Under the pieces are notes generated by a model, which did not search any database, had not been told where the DNA came from, and saw only the letters and a list, made by a program, of their open reading frames with translations. From Stegostoma tigrinum (taxonomy: Eukaryota), in assembly GCF_030684315.1 (NCBI RefSeq), contig NC_081370.1:23811078-23875077 (forward strand): 64,000 nucleotides of DNA, given 5' to 3'. The first letter of the stretch is position 1. Every line of letters starts with the position of its first letter. Shown one piece after another: positions 1-10,755 of the stretch. A program made the position numbers and the translations under genes.

Positions 1-235
1 GGAACACTGCAGCAAGCCTGAAACAGAAGTGTTCGCCAGGGAATATGGTGATGTTTGAAGTGGCAGTCAAGCCCAAGGTAATTTTTGCAGACTGAGTGTA
101 GGATTACTGCAATGCAGTCGTCCAGCCTGATTGAGTGAAGTGCAGGTAAATCACTTCTTATTCCCGCCTCACTATCCGAGGCCCCAGAAATGACACCTAG
201 GTGAAGCAAACAGGCAGATGTTGCACCTTCTGTGA
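1..235 (-). mobile_element. Old degenerate PLE (Neptune-like) GIY-YIG region fragment
   Basis: Diverged similarity to 14740-14975 (cactgcagcaagcc ~ cactgcaggaggcc; gtgcaggtaaatcacttctt ~ gtgcaggtgaacctctgctt). Confidence 0.5.
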
Positions 236-1034
236 TTATAAACCATGCTGTGTTATGTGAATGTTACTGCAATTACACAGCTCTTTAGGGTAACTTTGCT
301 GAATTACATTGATTCTCTGGAACTGCAAGCCTGACTAAAACAAATCTTTTTAAGAATTCCATCTCAATGAGGAGGCTTCAAGCCAAGCCACCCACAACAA
401 TCTGCTGTGAAAATTCTGCTCCGTTTTGACAGCTGTAACAAATGATAATAGTTGATAAAATCCTCAACATTCCCAAATAGCGCATCTTATTCGAAAAACT
501 TAATACATCTTATCTCCAACACGTTCCCCCCAGTTTTGTTTTTCCCTTGAGCAAATCTCTGAGACCTGTGTGTAGCTGTTAGATTGCATGCCAATGTATG
601 GGACCTCCTAGTTTTCATGTGTCTTTATTGATATTTTATTGATAGTTTGTTGTTAAAGGAATCAGGAATTCAAATCTTTAGCTTTGCTAAAAACAAATCT
701 GTTTTTCATTGCACTGTGCCCTAGTGCATGTTAATTTTTTTTATTTGTTGGAATCTTTCCATTAACTTTTGACATAATATATTGTTTATAAATAGTTTAA
801 CAAATCAGTGAAAACACTGAAGGTAGGTGGCGATATTAATGTTGAAGGATATTATCTCTACTGTGTATTCATGGAAAAATTAATACTTCCTACAATGAAG
901 GAATTTGATTAGAGTGATCTTTAATTCCTTATTGGTCCAGCCCCTTATTAAAGTATGGAGTTAAACATTTAGCTGTTTGTGTTGCACAGCTTCATTAATA
1001 ATTGTAACTAGTGTGCCACAACGTCTCGGGTACC

Positions 1035-1223
1035 GAGATGTCAGGAACTGCAGATGCTGGAGAATCTGAGATAACAAGGTGTAGAGTTGGATGAATACAG
1101 CAGGCCAAGCAGCATCAGAGGAGCAGGAAAGCTATCGGGTCTAGGCCCGAAATGTCAGCTTTCCTGCTGCTCTGATGCTGCGTGGCCTGCTGTGTTCATC
1201 CAACTCTACACCTTGTTATCTCA
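1035..1223. mobile_element. Palindromic short Neptune-PLE pLTR insertion
   Basis: Arm ctgagataacaaggtgtagagttggatgaa...gaaagct (1066-1133) is inverted at ~1157-1224. Flanked by tctc(g/a)ggtacc at 1024-1034 and 1219-1229. Confidence 0.85.
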
Positions 1224-2272
1224 GGTACCAAATTATTTTTGATCTTATTTCCCGCTACTTAATGAGCGAGTGTAATATCATTGCACAAACAGTGGTTATG
1301 GCATTTTCCTTGTTCATTGCTCACTAATTTTTAATTAGTGAAAAGTTAGTCATTTGATTTACAGTTCAAAAATCTTCCAGGTTAACAATTTCTGTTTCTT
1401 GTTAGAATGTCATGCTGTTTTATTTTAAAAATACTGATCTTATAAGATCTTGATATTTTATATGGGTTTTTGTTCTTTTTTACTACCTTTTTATGTTGCT
1501 ATAGTATTGGTTAAGTTTGATAGAAATTTTGAAATTGAGTCTCTGCAGTACATGCCAAATGTTTGATATCTTCAATGCATGTTTGTTAATTCCTTCTGAA
1601 GTTTCATGGGAGAGGAAGAAAAATGAAGTTCTTTCATTTGTACTTGAAATGTTCATTTGGGTAGGGTAGCCAGTTACCTACCTTTCAAGTTTTAAAGTGT
1701 TTCTTAATGTGATTTAATGGAACATTACAGTGCAGTGCAGGCTGTTGCGCTGACCTGTGAAACCAATCTGATGCCCATCCAACCTACACTATTCCATAAT
1801 CATCCGTATGTTTATTCAATGACCATTTAAATGCCTTAAAGTTGGCGAGTTACTACTGCTGCAGGCAGGGCATTCCACGCCCTTACTACTCTGAGTAAAG
1901 AACCTACCTTTTGACTTCTGTCCTATAATCTATCACCCCTCAGTTTAAAGCTATGTCCCCTTGTGCTAACCATTACCATCCGAGGAAAAAGGCTCTCAAC
2001 TGTCCACCCTATCTAATCTTCTGATCATCTTATATGTCTCTAAGCCACCTCTTAACCACCTTCTCTGTAACAAAAACAGCCTCAAGTCCCTCAGCCTTTC
2101 CTCATAAGACCTTCCCTCCGTACCAGGCAATATCCTGGTAAATTGAGTTTTGTACAGTTGCAACAAGCCTTCATGGCTCCGAAACACAATCACTCTACCA
2201 ATAAAACCTAACACACCGTATGCCGCCTTAACAACCCTATCAACCTGGGTGGCAACTTTCAGGGATCTGAAA

Positions 2273-2429
2273 GGTACCTGAAGATGTTGTGGCACACTAG
2301 TTACAATTATTAATTAATGAAGCTGTACAACACAAACAGCTAAATGTTTAACTCCATACTTTAACAAGGGACTGGACCAATAAGGAATGAAAGATCACTC
2401 TGATCAAATTCCTTCATTGTAGGAAGTAT
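2273..2429 (-). repeat. Inverted local duplication of 883-1034 inserted into CR1
   Basis: Reverse complement reads atacttcctacaatgaaggaatttgat...tagtgtgccacaac...ggtacc, matching 883-1034 with few differences. Confidence 0.92.
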
Positions 2430-2927
2430 GAAGTAAGTATGGAGATGAGCACATATCTGTGCTCATCCACGCTACCAAGAATCTTACCATTAGCCCAGTA
2501 CTCTGTATTCCTGTTACTCCTTTCAAAGTGAATCACCACGCACTTTCTGCATTAAACTCCACTTGCCACCTCTCAGCCCATCTCTGCAGCTTATCTGTGT
2601 CCATCCTGTAACCTGCAACATCCTTCTGCACTATCCACAACTCCGTCATCCGCAAATTTACTAACCCATCCTTCTACGCCCTCATCCAGATCATTTATAA
2701 AAATACCAAACGGCAGTGGCCCCAAAACAGATCCTGCAAGTCCACCACTGGTAACTGAACTCCAGGATGAACATTTCCCATCAACCCCCACCGTCTGTCT
2801 TCTTACAGCTAGCCAATTTCTAATCCACACTGCTAAATCACTCACAATCTTATGCCTCCATATTTTCTGCAATAGCCTACTATGGGGAACCTTATCAAAC
2901 AGTTTACTGAAATCCATATACACGCAT

Positions 2928-3433
2928 TGCTTTTTCAGAGCTCCTCACAGACTTGATGCAATAGCAAGACACTGAGCTGGCTACAAAAACACAATCCTTT
3001 ATTATTAAGCAAGTACAAGCTATAGAGGACCTCTGTACTCAACCCAGCTCAGTGCTGAGTTCCGTAAGCCATTCTCCCTGAACAGTGGACAGTCCCCGCT
3101 TTTTATACTCTCTCTTGGCTGATACATAAAACAGTTACTACGTTTGGAACAGAAAGGGAACACGATACAGCATTGATCATTCACAAAGTGACTGATAACA
3201 ACAGGATGCGATTTCAAGCTGCCGAAGTGTCTTGCTTTAACGAAGGTCACTGACTGGGCCAGTTCAGTAGAAACAGAAGTTCCACTCCTTTACGGAATTA
3301 CAGAAGTCTCACACCTTTTACAAACACTTCCCACCCAATCGTATTTGGGCAGTTTGAGACAGTTTCCACATACCCCTATGTGAGAAGGTAAGGAACATAA
3401 AAATTAATGGGGTGTTATCCCATTAACGTCTCA
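2928..3433 (-). mobile_element. Solo LTR (ERV/Gypsy-like) nested in CR1
   Basis: 506-bp insert with TG...CA ends and 4-bp flanks gcat/acat. On the minus strand TATAAAAA (3100-3107) precedes AATAAA (2998-3003). CR1 sequence resumes across it. Confidence 0.7.
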
Positions 3434-4069
3434 ACATCAATCGCTTTACTCTCATCCACCTTTTTGGTCACCTTCTCAAAGAACTCAATAAGGTTTGTGA
3501 GGCACTACCTACCCTTCACAAAACCACTTTGACTATCCCAAATCAAATTATTCCTTTCTTGATGATAAATCCTATCTCTTTTAATCCTTTTCAACACTTT
3601 ACCCACAACCGAAGTAAGGCTCACTGGTCTATAACTATCAGGTTTGTCTCTACTCCCCTTCTTGAACAACGAGATAACAACATTTGCTACCCTCTAGTCT
3701 TCTGGCACTATTCCTGTAGACAATGACGACGTAAAGATCAAAACTAAAGGATCTGCAGTCTCCTCTCTAGCTTCCCAGAGAATCCTAGGATAAATCCCAT
3801 CCGGCCCAGGGGACTTATCTATTTTCACACTTTCCAGAATTGCTAACACCTCCTCCTTGTGAACTTTAATCCCATCTAATCTAATAGCCTGTATCTCGGT
3901 ATTCTCTTTGACAACATTGTCTTTTTCATGCGTGAATACTGATGGAAAAATATTCGTTTAGCGCCTGTCCTATCTCTTTGGACTCCACACACAACTTCCC
4001 ACTACTGTCCTTGACTGTTCCTAATCTTACTCTAGTCATTCTTTTATTCCTGACATACCTATAGAAAGC

Positions 4070-4450
4070 GAGTTTTGAGAAGATTTGTAGCTCAGGTTGA
4101 GGTTGTGGATGTGAGTTTGCTCGCTGAGCTGGAAGGTTAGTTTTCAGACGTTTCGTCATCATTCTAGGTAACATCATCAGTGAGCCTCCCGTGAAACGCA
4201 TGAGAATTCCTAGAAGCATGGCATTCCAACCGGAACTCCATCAACAAACACATTGAGTTGGAGCCAATCTACCATCCTCTCTGAAAAAGAACAGGAAATG
4301 ACATCCCCAACCCAAGGAAACCTAAACAGATAAATAGAAAGCAGGACATAACACCAGCGCTTCACTGGAGGCTCACTGATGATGTTACATAGAATGGTGA
4401 CGAAATGTCTGAAAATGAACCTTACAGTTCAGCGAGCAAACTCACATCCA
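4070..4450 (+). mobile_element. Penelope/Poseidon-type PLE 3' fragment with inverted pLTR, nested in CR1
   Basis: Exact 15-bp TSD atacctatagaaagc (4055-4069, 4451-4465). Inverted repeat ~4107-4188 vs ~4368-4450. Encodes EFLEAWHSNRNSINKHIELEPIYHPL*, resembling a GIY-YIG C-terminus. Confidence 0.88.
4147..4180 (-). ncRNA. Minimal hammerhead ribozyme motif (Poseidon pLTR)
   Basis: Minus strand reads CTGATGA-TGTTAC...ATGAC-GAAACGTC with a 3-bp stem I (tca/tga). The + strand copy at 4376-4409 has GAAATGTC. Confidence 0.7.
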
Positions 4451-5748
4451 ATACCTATAGAAAGCTTTCGGATTTTCTTTGATCCTATCTGCCAGAGACT
4501 TCTCATGTCCCCTCCTGGCTCTTCCTAGCTCTGTCTTTAGGTCCTTCCTGGCTAACTTGTAACTCTCAAGCGCCCTAACTGAGTCTTCATGCCTTATCTT
4601 TACATAAGCCGCCTCCTTCCTCTTGACGAGAGATTCAACTTCTTTAGTAAACCATGGTTCCCTCGCTCGACCACTTCCTGCCTGCCTGACAGGTACATAC
4701 TTCTCAAAGACACGTGGTAGCTGTTCCTTGAACAAGCTCCACATTTCAATTGTGCCCAGCTCCTGCAGTTTCCTTCCCCATCCTATGCAACCTGAATCTT
4801 GCCTAATCACCTCTTAATTTACTTTCCCCCAGCTATAGCTCTTGCCCAGTGGTGTATACCTATACCTATCCCTTTCCGTCACTAAAGTAAACGTAACCGA
4901 ATTGTGGTCATTATCACCAAGGTGCTCACCTACCTGCAATTCTAACACCTGGCCTGGTTCATTACCCAGTACCAAACCCAATGTTGCCTCGCCTCTTGTT
5001 GGCCTATCTACATACTGTGTCAGGAAACCCTCCTGCACACATTGGACAAAAAACTGACCCACCCAAAGTACTCTAACTATAGCGTCTCCAGTCAATATTT
5101 GGAAAATTCAAGTCCCTCATAACAACTACCCTATTACTTTTGCTGCTGTCCAGAATTATCTTTGCAATCCTTTCCTCTACATCTGTGGAACCTTTCAGAG
5201 ACATGTAGAAAACTCCCAACAGGGTGACCTCTCCTTTCCGGTTTCTAACCTCAGCCTCAGCCTCAGTAGAGGAGTCCTCATCAAACGTCCTTTCTGCCAC
5301 CGTAACTATGCATTCCATTTAGTAAGGCTTTCCAAAAGTTAGTTACAGTAAATGATGCAGAAGACTTAATACAAAAGTAACTTGGGTAGATTTGTTCTGG
5401 TGCACAACACTAGACAATCTGATCCTGTGATTTTACAGTCTATTTTTCAGAGAAGACTGCTTGATTTTTCACTTTTTTGATCGTGCTATTACCTCAGAAT
5501 TAGACACTATCATATGTCATATTTTATTCACTTGTAGCAAAGACATTTGCAAAAAACACAATTCTGGTTTGTGATCTGTGTAACATATCAAAGCCAACTT
5601 TAGGTACGTTAAGTCATGGGATGTTTTAGCATATTTACATTTCTGAATCAGTTCTATTGGTTCCTAATACTTTAGAATAATGCATGATGGTAGGGAAGAT
5701 CTCCCAGAAATTGATCCATGTGTATTTGTTTTTTTTTGTTTGAAAATG

Positions 5749-5943
5749 ATGATGAGGTGCTGATGTTAGACTGAGGTGGACAAAGTCAGAAATCACAACA
5801 CCAGGTTATAGTCCAACAGGTTTATTTGAAATCACAAGCTTTCAGAGCTTAGCCCCTTTATCAGTTGAAGTGAGGTGGCTACACTGAAAGCTTGTGATTT
5901 CAAATAAATCTGTTGGATTATAACCTGGTGTCATGTGACTTGT
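5749..5943. mobile_element. Palindromic short PLE pLTR insertion (third family, GAAAGCTT-type HHR)
   Basis: acaccaggttatagtccaacaggtttatttgaaatcacaagctttcag is inverted at ~5884-5931. Flanking direct repeat tttgaaaatg at 5739-5748 and 5944-5953. Confidence 0.75.
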
Positions 5944-6694
5944 TTTGAAAATGGGGTAATCCAAACCAATGTACTGTGTGGCAGATGAAAGTTAGTTGGG
6001 TTTGGGCTTTGTATTATAGTCTTTTGTGTGAAAAAAGTTGGGTGAGCAGCTCATCGCTTTTTGTGGAAATGACTATCTTTTTCCACCTTTTGTATCAGTA
6101 TTTGTACAAAATCACCCATTTGTGATTTTGCTTTACTGAAAAGCATTGGTTTGTTTTTCTGCTTGATAAAGTTTCACCCTCCTTTGACTGAACTGTGGGA
6201 CAGATTCAGTGTCGATGACACTGACTTGTGTTAACAACTTGTATAGAAGGGATATCGTTAGCAAACTTCCTTTGTTTCCTGACTTGGAATCTCTGCAGTG
6301 ATTCTTCCAACAGCACAATTTAAAAACTGGCTAAACTGGTAGACTCACTTCATCACTTAAAGAGATTGTAGAGCTAATACAATGACTAGATTTTTGTCCA
6401 TCTTCACTAAAAGCATCTAATTTAATATCTGAAATAGAAAGCAAAATTAAAAGAGATGTGTAGTTGTGTGTTTTGTGGGTAAATCAGCTGACTTAAGTGT
6501 CAATGACCTCGATTTCCTGATGTTGGTATCCAATCTTTGCTCAATACGTTGGTCTTAGCTGGAGTAATAAAATTTGAATGCGCTCATTCTTGGTAAGATA
6601 GGGAATAAAATATCAATTGTGATTCCACATATAGTTGCTTTACAGTGATTGCTAGAAAATGGATATTGCAGTAAGTAGGATAGCTTACGGGCAC

Positions 6695-6862
6695 ACTGTC
6701 TCAGACAATGCCATCACCGTACTTAGTTATATCCTGTCCCACTGGCCAGACCGACCCCAGTAGAGGTGGTAGCACATTGGTATATAGTAAGGAGGGGGTT
6801 GTCTTGGGAGTTCTCTGGACCCCAAGAAGTCTCATTGGCATCGGTCAAAAACGGGCAAGGAA
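6695..6862 (+). mobile_element. Degenerate CR1/L2-group LINE APE endonuclease fragment
   Basis: Encodes ...DPSRGGSTLVYSKEGVVLGVL, a DR..RGGGV-type APE motif. Confidence 0.55.
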
Positions 6863-6876
6863 ATGTATTAACGAAG

Positions 6877-7237
6877 TGTGGAGCTGGATGAACACAGCAG
6901 GCCAAGCAGCATCTCAGGAGCACAAAAACTGACGTTTCGGGCCGGGACCCTGCATCAGAAAGGGGGATGGGGAGAGGGTTCTGAAATAAATAGGGAGAGA
7001 GGGGGAGGCGGATCGAAGATGGATAGAGGAGAAGATAGGTGGAGAGGAGACAGACAAGTTAAACGGGCGGGGATGGAACGTGGGGAGGGGATAGGTCAAG
7101 GGGGGGAGGCGGGATGAGGTTAGTAGGTAGGAAATGGACGTGTGGCTTGAGGTGGGAGGAGGGGATATGTGAGAGGAAGAACAGGTTAGGGAGGTGGGGA
7201 TGAGCTGGGCTGGTTTTGGGATGCAGTGGGGGAGGGG
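6877..7237 (-). mobile_element. Neptune PLE pLTR + 3' UTR fragment
   Basis: Closely similar to ~14205-14550; HHR core is altered. Confidence 0.9.
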
Positions 7238-7244
7238 TGATCAT

Positions 7245-7340
7245 AGTGCTTTTATGATGCAGTGATTGTGCCCCTACCTCTGGGCTGGAAGGCCTGGGTT
7301 CGAGACCCACTTACTCCAGAAGTACATCCCAACATCTAAA
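7245..7340 (+). mobile_element. Short tRNA-derived SINE
   Basis: A-box-like tgatgcagtga and B-box ggttcgagacc; same family as 16050-16160. Confidence 0.65.
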
Positions 7341-7964
7341 AAGCTTTATTAATAATATCTATAAAAATTCAGTAGTTGATCACCTGGGGTGAGTACTAGA
7401 CAACTGCAAAGTGATTGGAAGTAGTTTTATCTTTGACGGATGTACTTAACCATTAATGCAATATTCTATTCATGTGCTGTAAGACTTAATGCCTGATTTG
7501 GCAATCATATTTCTTCAATGTCTGATGTAAGAGATGCAGATCCTTTGTTTCCTTTGACTCATCATTTATCTGGATGGAGTTTACTTTGTCAGCTTCAATG
7601 GATTTAATCCATTCAAAGCCTAAATTACTTTGTTTTTTGTTCCAAGTTTTTGGCATTTCAGTAGTACTTATTCTTAGTCTTCCTTTCTGAATAAAGCTTG
7701 CTTTTGTAGGTAGGTGTACTGTACAGTGAACTGAAAACAGAAGTTAACAACATTTGTTTGATTTATTACTGACATGTTGCCCCAGATGTTGGGTTGGAGA
7801 TAGGGACTGGGAGAGAATGTATGGCTTGGATATCAACCTGATACTGCCCATGGTGACCCTGGAAATGTGGTTCTAAGGTTTTGCTTACCAGAAATCAAGT
7901 TGCGATTTATTCTGCTAGTGGTTAACATGAAGCAATGTATCAGCTCTGAATTTGTCTTTGGGTG

Positions 7965-8375
7965 TTACATCAGGTTCAGTGGCAGCACTCTTGAGTGAAA
8001 ATGTTGTACTTGTGTAGCATTCTGGAGACTTGAACACAATCTAAGTTAACACGCATGAGCAACTCCTATGTAAATGTCCCATTACCAGACATGTCGTCTT
8101 TCAAATGAGATTTAAAACCTCTTTGTCTCACAGTAGATTTCCGTTCCATTGCATTATGTGGGAGAAGAGCAGGAGAGTTTTCCCCCAGTATCTCAGCCAT
8201 TATCAACCAACAACGTTAAAATCAGTGATCTGGTTATTTTTACCTTTTTTGCTGTTTGAAATTTTGCTTAGTACAAATTAATGTTTCCATTCGCTGCTAA
8301 AGTAGCTTCAAAAAATTCTAAATTAGGTGTTGGGCGTTTTCTGATGTGCTAAGATCATGCATGTATATAAATATT
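7965..8375 (+). mobile_element. DeuSINE (SacSINE1-like)
   Basis: tRNA-like head (ggttcagtggcagcactcttg), Deu-domain motifs gtcgtctttcaaatgaga and gaagagcaggagagtt...cagtatc, and an L2-like tail. Confidence 0.65.
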
Positions 8376-9757
8376 CTTCTTTCAAATAGTGTGATGAAAG
8401 TTTAAAGAAGAATATTTATATACATTGAAAGGTGGTACCTCTGATAACTGAGCCATTCCTTTTGTGTTGTGCTGAACTGTCAGCTCAGTACAATGTTTTG
8501 ACTCCAGTTCGAATTTCACTCTTCCTGCACCGCCCCCCCCCCCCCCCACCACCACCAAGAATGTGCAATTGTACAATTTCTTGTAGATATTTTGAAGGCA
8601 GAAATGAGCTGAACCACGTTGTTCTTAATGTAAAAGTGACGTTGATTTTATTTTGTAGTCATTTTCATTTGAGTATTCATAGTTTCAAACTCTGTTCATG
8701 CTATTCAACTGCCGATTGCACCTTCCTCCCTGTTTTGGGAAAGTTCCACATGGGCTTTGAATCAAGGAATAGTTTTAACACTGCAGTATTGAGATTGGTT
8801 TTGTGCATAGGATTAACTTGAGGAAATAGTTCTGTATTGCTTCATGCCAGAGTACTGCGCAGTTGCAATTAATGGGAAACCAACTTCTCAAATTTTAAAT
8901 AGTTTAAAAAGGGCTTATGATCCATTTTAGTTTCACACGTGCTGATAGGGCAGAGTAAAGTGGTCTAACCCCTCTATTTCATATGTTTGCACATGGCTGT
9001 ACTTTTCACTATTGAAAGCAGTTTGACATTGCTGTTTAGTCCTCCATTTTTCATTATCTTTCATTTTTAACTGAGTGTAAGTATGATGATCAGTGATCAT
9101 GCTGTTGGTTGATAATGGCCAAGATACTGGGGAAAATTCTCCTGCTCTTTTCCCGCATAATAGAATGAAATATAAATCCATTGAGACATGGGAGCAAAAG
9201 TGGAGAATGAATGGTGGTGGGAGTGGGGGTACGGGGGGGGTGTGGGCGTGGATCGGAGTGGTTCAGGAGAAAGTGTTATGCTGTTTAAGAATAAACGATG
9301 AAAAATATGTGATAATGCCCAGGACAGGAATCAGAAATTAAAAGGAACAAAAGTTGTTTGTTGAAAGTGGCAAAAGAATAATTTGCATTTTTATTGCTTC
9401 TTGGTACAACCTGGCAAAACTTACCAAGGTGCTTCTCAGGAGTATTATCAAAGAAAATTTAATGAGAAGGTTTGATTGGTGGGGGCGGGGGAACCCATGG
9501 AAAGCAAATGTTTAATGTTTAATGTTTAAACAAGGTTTAAATTGGAAATGAAGAAACAGGCTTTGGTATACACTGACATACCACCAGCTTGCTTCAGTGC
9601 TATCACAGTTTCCTGTACACTTCAGAAGGGAGGTTTTATTTCTGAGTAGAGTTGTTAACCTACTGATTGGGATGCAAAGTTTAAACTTTGTGTATTTACA
9701 TTCCTATTATTATTCCCAAAAAAAGTGTGCTTCAGCTCATTTTCAGTGTCAATACAC

Positions 9758-9840
9758 TATGGAGCTGGAGGAACGCAGCAGCTCAGGCAGTAAGTAAAAA
9801 GAGCAGAAGAGTCAACGTTTTGGGTCAGGACTCTTCAGGA
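9758..9840 (-). mobile_element. Old Neptune pLTR remnant
   Basis: ggagctggaggaacgcagcagctcaggcag...gtcaacgttttgggtcaggactcttcagga resembles the younger pLTRs and ends at the HHR. Confidence 0.6.
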
Positions 9841-10079
9841 CAATTTTATTTTCCAACTTGAGCTGACTTTAGATGTATAAGTTGAAAAGTTAGTGGATAC
9901 CACTGCTGAAAATAGACTGACAATTATACTTACTATAAGGGAATTTGCAACTAAACTGCACTGCTATAAAGCAAAATTATATTTTCTTTCCAGGAACCAT
10001 TGGCCCACCAGATTATTAACTGGTTCTTCAAAAAGTTTGGGCATAGATAGTGTGTACTAATCCACTGGACAGAGATAGT

Positions 10080-10755
10080 AACCTTTCAGAGTGGTTGGAA
10101 CTTCAACCCAGGCCTCCTGGCTCAGAGGTACCAAAACTATTGCTGCACCACAAGAGCCCCTTAAAATTTAAGTATAGATATTTTTTAATGAACCTGCTCA
10201 GATATTCCAACATATTGCTGGATCCGTTGAGACATGAACACAGGCCTCCTAGCCCAGAGGTAGGGACACCACTGCCCCGAACAGTCTGTCAAAAGGTTTG
10301 TGTATTTTTTAAAGTTTTAAAACCAGTTTTTGTGTGTTAGCCTTCCTGGTTAGTTGTAATAGATAACATTAATTAGAAATTTTCAGAAATGCTCTTACAC
10401 ACCTGTGGAACAAATTGGACTTGAATCCAGATATTCTCCTTGTTTAGAGAAAAGGACAAAATTAGTGTGCCACAAAAGCTTGTTGGAGCAGATATATGTT
10501 TCGAATCAACCTGTTCAGAAATGCAATGACATGCCTCTGGAGCAAATGGGGCTTAAACCCCAGGCTTCCAAGCTCAAAGTAGAGAAATTAACACTGTACC
10601 ATCAGAATCCTAACATTTTGTGTATAATTTTTAAAAAAAAATATAACCTATTTTCATAATCAACCTGTTATTACACACCTCCCTGGAGCAGGTGGGACTT
10701 TGAGCCCAGGTCTCTCAGTCTAGTGTTAGGGACACTACCTCTGCCCCACCAGAGG
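10080..10755 (-). repeat. Tandem array of ~5 diverged short tRNA-derived SINE units
   Basis: Units at ~10080-10160, 10189-10278, 10375-10480, 10504-10610 and 10658-10755, each resembling 16050-16160. Confidence 0.75.

Larger units (their letters stand above)
1718..5305 (-). mobile_element. CR1 LINE, 5'-truncated ORF2 (APE endonuclease + RT), interrupted by three insertions
   Basis: Minus-strand ORFs carry CR1 motifs: [78 protein letters not shown]1 3' UTR lies at ~1718-1900. Confidence 0.95.

Noticed and set aside
5538-5603. 66-nt exon candidate (cttgtag|...AG|gtacgt)
   Set aside because: Only one frame is open, the peptide is unrecognised, and such signals are expected by chance in 64 kb.
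8432-8821. 129-aa ORF
   Set aside because: Low-complexity poly-C plus AT-rich sequence with no recognisable protein features.
10080-10755. tRNA gene cluster or CRISPR-like array
   Set aside because: Units are degenerate SINEs with no cloverleaf, repeats are not identical, the context is eukaryotic and there are no cas genes.
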